A stretch of DNA of 64,000 nucleotides from Bacilli bacterium (GTDB lineage Bacteria > Bacillota_I > Bacilli_A > RF39 > UBA660): the NCBI GenBank assembly GCA_017625395.1, contig JAGALD010000065.1, positions 73,414 to 137,413 on the forward strand, given 5' to 3'. Below, in pieces: positions 58,681-64,000 of this stretch; the first letter of the stretch is position 1, and each line of letters opens with the position of its first letter. The position numbers and the translations under genes were made by a program. The notes beneath the pieces were generated by a model that worked only from the letters and a program-made list of their open reading frames with translations, did not search any database and was not told the origin of the DNA.

Positions 58681-59527
58681 GAGATTAAAAGGAAAACTTT
58701 TAAATAAAAATAGAATTGTGAGATTTGTGCAGTTTTTGTCAGGGTTATTCTTGTTTTCTTTTGCATTTAATTTCTTTTTACTTCCTAATAATTTAGTTTT
58801 TGGCGGGGTAAGTGGTCTTTCAATTTTATTCAAAGAATTGTGTGACCCTTCTATGTTTGTGTTAATTGCGTCTATTGTTCTTTTGTTGGTTAGTTTAATT
58901 TTTTTAGGAAAAGAAAAAACTGCTGGTTCAGTTTTAGGATCGTTATTGTTGCCTTTGTTTTTGAAAATTACTGAATTACTTACTGTTTATGTAAAGTTTG
59001 AAGCAACAGAAATATTTTTAGCTGCAATTTTTGGTGGTGTGCTTTCAGGTATTGGTTTAGGGCTTGTTTATAAAGCTGGATTTACTACTGGTGGAACGGA
59101 TATTGTTAATCAAATACTTCATAAATATCTAAAGATTAGTCTTGGTAAATGTATGTTTTTATCTGATGGATTAATAGTTGGTTCTAGTATATTTATTTTT
59201 GGTTTAACAAAGTTCATGTATGCTGTAGTAGTGCTTTATATAATTAGTATTTTAACTGATAAAGTATTGCTTGGTATTAGTAGTTCAAAAGCTTTCTATA
59301 TTGTTACTAATAGGGTTAATGAGGTTAGAAATTTTGTCTTGGTTAAATTAGGTCATGGTATTACTATTTTTGATGCTGTTGGAGGTTTTTCTAAAGAAGA
59401 TCAGAAGGTTTTGTTTTGTGTTATTCCTACTAGAGAATATTTCAAATTGAAAGAGGGAATTCATGCGATAGATAAGGAAGCGTTTTTTGTTGTTACTGAT
59501 GCATATGAGGTGTTTGGTGGTGAATAA
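58670..59527 (+). CDS. YitT-family membrane protein (DUF2179 C-terminal domain)
   Basis: It contains NNLVFGGVSGLSIL, five or six TM segments and a C-terminal soluble domain ending AFFVVTDAYEVFGGE. Confidence 0.8.
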   Translation: MKNKRLKGKLLNKNRIVRFVQFLSGLFLFSFAFNFFLLPNNLVFGGVSGLSILFKELCDPSMFVLIASIVLLLVSLIFLGKEKTAGSVLGSLLLPLFLKITELLTVYVKFEATEIFLAAIFGGVLSGIGLGLVYKAGFTTGGTDIVNQILHKYLKISLGKCMFLSDGLIVGSSIFIFGLTKFMYAVVVLYIISILTDKVLLGISSSKAFYIVTNRVNEVRNFVLVKLGHGITIFDAVGGFSKEDQKVLFCVIPTREYFKLKEGIHAIDKEAFFVVTDAYEVFGGE

Positions 59528-60395
59528 TAAAATAAAATTGTTTGTAAAAAAGTTTAAAGAAGAAAACTATTTTTATAAATATTCCATTTTAGTTATTACT
59601 ATGTTTGTAGCTGCAATAAATTATAATTTGTTTTTAAGACCTTTAAAGATTGTAGCTGGTGGTACAAATGGATTATCTATTATTATTGAGAAAATATTTT
59701 CTATAGAACCGTCGTTTTTTATTTTAATTTTTTCTGTGGTGGTTCTTATATTAGGATATTTTACTGTAGGAATAAAAAAAGCTTCGAGTGCTTTGGTTGC
59801 TTCATTTGTTTATCCGGTATTTGTTGATGCGACAGAGATAATTACATCTTTTGTTAGCATTAATGAATCTGATATTTTAGTAGCATCGGTATTTTCAGGT
59901 ATTCTTAGTGGTTGGGTATATGGGCTTACTTGTAAAATTGATTTAAGTCAAGGAGGCGTTTCTTTGATTAGTCAAATTTTATTTGAAAAGTTTAAATTAT
60001 CAATTAGTGGTACAAGTTTTTTAATTAATTTTTGTATTATTTTAGTTGGTGGATATTATTTTGGTGTTACAAGTGTTTTGTGTGCAATTATACTTTTATA
60101 TATAAACAGTATTACAATTGATAAAGTAATGCTTGGAGTATCTACTCATAAATATTTTTATATTATTACAGATAAGCAAGTGGATGTAAAAAAATATATA
60201 TTGGATGAACTTAAAAGTGGTGTTACATTATGCGATGTTAAAGGTGGTAGGGAAAATGATGATAAATCAATTATGATGGTATCTATTCCTAACGACTTAT
60301 ATTATAAAGTTACCAAACGAATTAAGTTAATTGATAAAAAGGCTTTTTTTGTAGCTACTGATTCTTATCAAGTTATTGGTGGACATAATAGTTAG
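59520..60395 (+). CDS. Second YitT-family membrane protein (tandem paralogue). A likely GTG start at 59520 overlaps the upstream stop. The track ORF starts at 59487.
   Basis: It contains LKIVAGGTNGLSII and ends AFFVATDSYQVIGGH. GAGGTG lies 7 nt upstream of GTG 59520. Confidence 0.7.
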   Translation: MNNKIKLFVKKFKEENYFYKYSILVITMFVAAINYNLFLRPLKIVAGGTNGLSIIIEKIFSIEPSFFILIFSVVVLILGYFTVGIKKASSALVASFVYPVFVDATEIITSFVSINESDILVASVFSGILSGWVYGLTCKIDLSQGGVSLISQILFEKFKLSISGTSFLINFCIILVGGYYFGVTSVLCAIILLYINSITIDKVMLGVSTHKYFYIITDKQVDVKKYILDELKSGVTLCDVKGGRENDDKSIMMVSIPNDLYYKVTKRIKLIDKKAFFVATDSYQVIGGHNS

Positions 60396-60451
60396 TATTT
60401 TTGTTTAAAATGTGTTATAATATGGTTTGAAAGATAGAGGTGAGGCATTTA

Positions 60452-61150
60452 GTGGAATTAATTAGTTTAAAGAAAGTAAATAAAAAGTACAAGAATGGTG
60501 TAACTGCTATTTACGATTTAGATTTAAAAATAAAAAAAGGTGAATTTGTTTTTGTAATTGGAGGTTCTGGTAGCGGTAAATCTACACTTATAAAAATGTT
60601 ATATAGAGAAGAAAAACCATCATCTGGAGAGATAATGATTGGTGGTAAAAATGTTGCTAAACTTCGTAATAGTAAGGTTTATAAACTTAGACGAAGGCTT
60701 GGTATAGTATTCCAAGATTATAGGTTGTTACCTAAACTTACTGTTTACGAAAATGTGGCGTTTGCACTTGAAGTAATTGGAGAAAAGAGTAATGTTATTA
60801 GAATTAATACGTTGAAAGCTTTGGAATTGGTTGGATTAAAAGGTAAAACAAGAAATTATCCTGATCAGCTTTCTGGTGGTGAACAACAGAGAGTGGCTAT
60901 TGCAAGGGCCATTGTTAATAATCCTAAATTACTTATTTGTGATGAACCTACTGGTAATTTAGATCCTCTTATGAGTGAAGAAATTGTTAATGTTTTAGAT
61001 GATATTAATAAGACTATGGGTACTACTGTTATAATGGCTACACATAATAAAGATATTGTTAATAAATTTAAGAAAAGAGTTGTAGCATTGAAGGATGGTC
61101 GAATAGTAAAAGACTATGAAGAGGGGGCATATGATAATGAAATTATTTAG
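60452..61150 (+). CDS. ftsE: Cell division ABC ATPase FtsE (probable GTG start at 60452; the track ORF starts at 60440)
   Basis: It has Walker A GGSGSGKST, signature LSGGEQQR and Walker B LLICDEPTGNLD. Confidence 0.9.
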   Translation: MELISLKKVNKKYKNGVTAIYDLDLKIKKGEFVFVIGGSGSGKSTLIKMLYREEKPSSGEIMIGGKNVAKLRNSKVYKLRRRLGIVFQDYRLLPKLTVYENVAFALEVIGEKSNVIRINTLKALELVGLKGKTRNYPDQLSGGEQQRVAIARAIVNNPKLLICDEPTGNLDPLMSEEIVNVLDDINKTMGTTVIMATHNKDIVNKFKKRVVALKDGRIVKDYEEGAYDNEII

Positions 61151-62042
61151 AATGATTAGATTTGGTATTAGAGATGCTTTTAAAAGCGTTGGTAGAAATT
61201 TCTCATTATCAATTGCTTCTATTTCTTGTATTAGTATTACACTTTTAGTTGTTTCACTTGCTTTAATTGCATCGTTTAATGTAAAGAGTTTTTCTAAAGA
61301 TATAAAAAGTGATGTTACCATGGTTGTTTTTTTGAATTTAGGTGTTACACAAGACGAAGTGGCATCATTTGAAAAAAATCTTAATAATATATCTAATGTT
61401 TCTTCGGATTGGGAATCGAAGGATCCGACTGAAAGGAAAGAAATGTTGGCTGCTGATGGAGAATTTTGGAGTTCTGTTGCAGAATCTATAGATAATGAGG
61501 CAGAAATTTTCCATTACAGTTATTTAGTTAAGGTAAAAGATATTACTAAGATGAAAGAAACCGTAAGTGAAATTGAAAATATGCCAGTTGTTGATTATGT
61601 TAATTATGGCGAAACTATGGTTGAAAAGCTGATAACAATGTTTGATATTGTTGAAAAAATTGCGTTTGTAATTGTTATTGTTTTGGTTATTGTTACTGTA
61701 TTTTTAATTGTTAATACAATCAAACTTACTATCTTTTCAAGAAAAAGAGAAATCTCTATTATGAGAGTAGTTGGTGCTAGTAATTGGACAATAAAAAATC
61801 CGTTTGTTATTGAAGGATTTCTAATTGGCTTACTTGGATCTTTATTTCCTATTATAGTAACTATTTACGGATACGCTGCTTTTTATAATTCTCTTGATAA
61901 TGGTCAATTATTTTCGTCTTTAATTAAACTTATTGATCCATATCCATTTGTGTATATTATATCGTTGATTTTGGCTGCTATTGGTGTTTTAGTTGGTATG
62001 TTTGGTAGTGGCAGAGCAGTAAGGAAGTATTTAAAAGTATGA
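61137..62042 (+). CDS. ftsX: Cell division permease-like protein FtsX (start at an internal Met; the track ORF starts at 61116)
   Basis: It has four TM segments, a large first extracellular loop and an FtsX C-terminal pattern. It overlaps the ftsE stop. Confidence 0.85.
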   Translation: MKLFRMIRFGIRDAFKSVGRNFSLSIASISCISITLLVVSLALIASFNVKSFSKDIKSDVTMVVFLNLGVTQDEVASFEKNLNNISNVSSDWESKDPTERKEMLAADGEFWSSVAESIDNEAEIFHYSYLVKVKDITKMKETVSEIENMPVVDYVNYGETMVEKLITMFDIVEKIAFVIVIVLVIVTVFLIVNTIKLTIFSRKREISIMRVVGASNWTIKNPFVIEGFLIGLLGSLFPIIVTIYGYAAFYNSLDNGQLFSSLIKLIDPYPFVYIISLILAAIGVLVGMFGSGRAVRKYLKV

Positions 62043-63244
62043 TGAAGAAAGTTATATTATTAGTTTTATTATTTTCTGTTTCTTTTCAACTTTTCGTTCC
62101 AATACAAGCGGATGCTATTACACTTGGTGAATATGAGGCTAAACTTGAAAAATATAAAAAAGATGCTTATGACAATAAAACGGCGATTAATAAAACAGAA
62201 TCGGAAATTAATTCTGCAAATAAGGAAATAAACAATTTAAAGAATGAGTTACTTCAACTTGGAAATGAGATTAAAGAGTTGACTAATGAAATTGATGATT
62301 ATAAAAAGAAGATAGAAGAAAAATTGATTCAATCTAGACAAGTTTTAGAATATTTACAATTATCTACTGGTGAAAATATGTTTATTGAATATATTTTTGA
62401 TGCAGATACTACTACAGAGATGATTTATAGATCTGCAGTTGTTCAAGAATTAATTGATTACAATAATAAAGCTGTTGATGAAATGAAACAATTAATTAGT
62501 GATAATGAAAATAGACAAAAAGAGATTGATAAAAGAAAGTTACAGATTAACTCCAAAGAAGAGCAGTTAGTTGAAAAGATTGAAACTTTAGGTGAAAAAA
62601 AAGAAACATTAACTGAAGCTGGTGTTTCTGTTTCACAACAAATAAAGATTTATGAGGAATTAGTGGCAAGTTACAAGAAACTTGGTTGTACTAGTAAAGA
62701 TGTTATTGGTGTTGATTGTGCTGTTAGTAGTGAAGCTGGAGTTTTTAGAAGACCTACAAAAACAGGATATATCACACAAGAAGCATATTACTCTAAGTCA
62801 TATACTCATAGAGGCGTTGATATAGGAAGTTATAATAGAAAAAAAGAAAAGATTTATCCTGTTGCAAATGGAAAGATTATTGCAAAATATAAAGACTACT
62901 ATGGTGCTTTGGTTATTGCTATTGAACATTATAATTCAAAAAATAAAACATGGTATACATCTTTGTATGCACATTTAGATTCATATGCTCCTAATTTGTA
63001 TGTTGGTAAAAATGTTACTACCGATCAATATATAGGATATATGGGTGAAACTGGATATTCTTTCGGTGTTCATTTACATTTTGAACTTATCCCTTGTAGG
63101 TTATATAATTGGTCGGAAGGAAAATGTTCTACATGGAATTCTTATGTAGCGTATGCTCAAAAAGTTTTAAAAGATGGCTATAAGGGGCCAAGAGCTTTAA
63201 TTGTTTTTCCTAAGGGAACGTATAACTCATGGAATTCTAGATAA
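62039..63244 (+). CDS. Secreted coiled-coil plus M23 (LytM-type) peptidoglycan endopeptidase, genetically coupled to ftsEX
   Basis: It has a signal peptide and a long coiled coil (about aa 30-200). The M23 motifs are HRGVDIG and GVHLHFE. An ATGA overlap joins it to the ftsX stop. Confidence 0.85.
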   Translation: MMKKVILLVLLFSVSFQLFVPIQADAITLGEYEAKLEKYKKDAYDNKTAINKTESEINSANKEINNLKNELLQLGNEIKELTNEIDDYKKKIEEKLIQSRQVLEYLQLSTGENMFIEYIFDADTTTEMIYRSAVVQELIDYNNKAVDEMKQLISDNENRQKEIDKRKLQINSKEEQLVEKIETLGEKKETLTEAGVSVSQQIKIYEELVASYKKLGCTSKDVIGVDCAVSSEAGVFRRPTKTGYITQEAYYSKSYTHRGVDIGSYNRKKEKIYPVANGKIIAKYKDYYGALVIAIEHYNSKNKTWYTSLYAHLDSYAPNLYVGKNVTTDQYIGYMGETGYSFGVHLHFELIPCRLYNWSEGKCSTWNSYVAYAQKVLKDGYKGPRALIVFPKGTYNSWNSR

Positions 63245-63277
63245 AAAAATATTCACATTAATTGTGAATATTTTTTT
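63243..63277. terminator. Bidirectional rho-independent terminator between convergent genes
   Basis: An 11-bp stem, AAATATTCACA/TGTGAATATTT, is flanked by an A-run and a T-run. Confidence 0.85.
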
Positions 63278-63279
63278 AA

Positions 63280-63783
63280 TTATTTCTCGCAAGTAGCTCC
63301 CATTGCTTCGTATAATTTTGTTATTCCATCAACTGTTAATTCGTTTTTATCATTAACATATTCTTTCATAACAGCATTATCATTAACATATTTATTTAAA
63401 TCCATTTTTGTATAATCAATTTCAACATTTGAAGTTAGTTTGTCATCAGTTGTTTTAATTTCGTATGTGTATCCACCATAGTTTTTGTTTGTTTCTTCAT
63501 ATTGGTTGTTAAGTGTTTGTTCAAAATATGTTAATATTTCTTTTTGATGTGCAATTACTGTTTCCACAGTTTTAACTTTAGTTACGATATTATCTTCTGC
63601 ATAGATTGTTATATCTGAATCAACTTTATATCCGCTTGTAGATTGTTGATCATTTACAATAGTACATTTTATTGTTTTTTCATTTACTTCTTTATCTTTT
63701 TCTTTTTCGTTACTTTCTCCTTGACATCCAACTAAAGTAAGTACTGCAACTAATAATAGCAATATTTTTCCAAATTTTTTCAT
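63280..63783 (-). CDS. Lipoprotein (YehR/DUF1307-like)
   Basis: It has a signal peptide with lipobox LTLVGC. Its size and beta-rich composition resemble DUF1307 lipoproteins. Confidence 0.6.
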   Translation of the reverse strand: MKKFGKILLLLVAVLTLVGCQGESNEKEKDKEVNEKTIKCTIVNDQQSTSGYKVDSDITIYAEDNIVTKVKTVETVIAHQKEILTYFEQTLNNQYEETNKNYGGYTYEIKTTDDKLTSNVEIDYTKMDLNKYVNDNAVMKEYVNDKNELTVDGITKLYEAMGATCEK

Positions 63784-63864
63784 TAAATCCTCCTTCTTAT
63801 ATATTTTTATTATAGTATGATGGTAGTGATTTATAAAGTATATTTTTGTTTTTTTACACTTCTA

Positions 63865-63893
63865 TTGACGGACAAATGTTCGTGTGATAAAAT
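63865..63893 (+). promoter_or_regulatory. Strong sigma-A-type promoter for the gene starting at 63998 (only the ATG is in the window)
   Basis: TTGACG, 17-nt spacer, TGaTAAAAT (extended -10). A GGAGG SD precedes ATG 63998. Confidence 0.55.
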
Positions 63894-64000
63894 TTAAAGT
63901 GTTGTTTTGTAATCTGTGTTTGCAAAATATAAAACAAAATGTTATAGTGTTTCAGTAATTATTTTATCTATATTATTATAATGTTTAGGAGGAAAATATG

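Overview
The window covers the replication-origin region of a very AT-rich, endospore-forming Firmicute chromosome, with a mobile element at its left edge. All homology calls come from reading the translations and from remembered family motifs. No searches were run.

**Core chromosome.** Gene order follows Bacillus-like origin synteny.
- The minus-strand arm runs leftward from oriC: dnaA, dnaN, a comK-like gene, recF, gyrB, gyrA, SRP RNA, tadA, dnaX, ybaB, recR, bofA, holB, ricT/yaaT, a methyltransferase, pth, mfd, spoVT, a Met T-box leading a dUTPase-like gene and metG, tatD, a yabE-like gene, rsmA and yabG.
- The plus-strand arm runs rightward: rpmH, rnpA, yidC, jag, mnmE, mnmG, rsmG, noc, soj, spo0J, ychF, rpsF-ssb-rpsR, tilS, ftsH, dusB, clpC, prfB (with its +1 frameshift) and ftsEX followed by an M23 peptidase.
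- DnaA boxes flank dnaA on both sides, as expected for a bipartite oriC.

**Mobile element.** Positions 1 to about 8460 are the right end of an integrative conjugative element that continues past the window start. It carries ParA/ParB, a secreted protein, a thioester/CnaB adhesin, a sortase, three small ORFs, a TnpV-like ORF, and the N-terminus of an ArdC-like polyvalent protein. The element appears to split the sporulation protease gene yabG.

**Most unusual observations.**
1. The tadA-dnaX spacer (23925-24311) holds a tandem 109-110 bp repeat array. Each unit pairs a parS site with a Noc-binding-site palindrome, and both cognate ParB-family genes lie in the same window.
2. The Noc paralogue has a roughly 200-aa FG-rich low-complexity insert and no N-terminal amphipathic peptide.
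3. A TnpV-like ORF with its own Shine-Dalgarno is nested out of frame, on the same strand, inside the linker of the ArdC-like ORF.
4. yabG is truncated at a candidate attR dyad.

No CRISPR array, rRNA gene or tRNA gene was seen.
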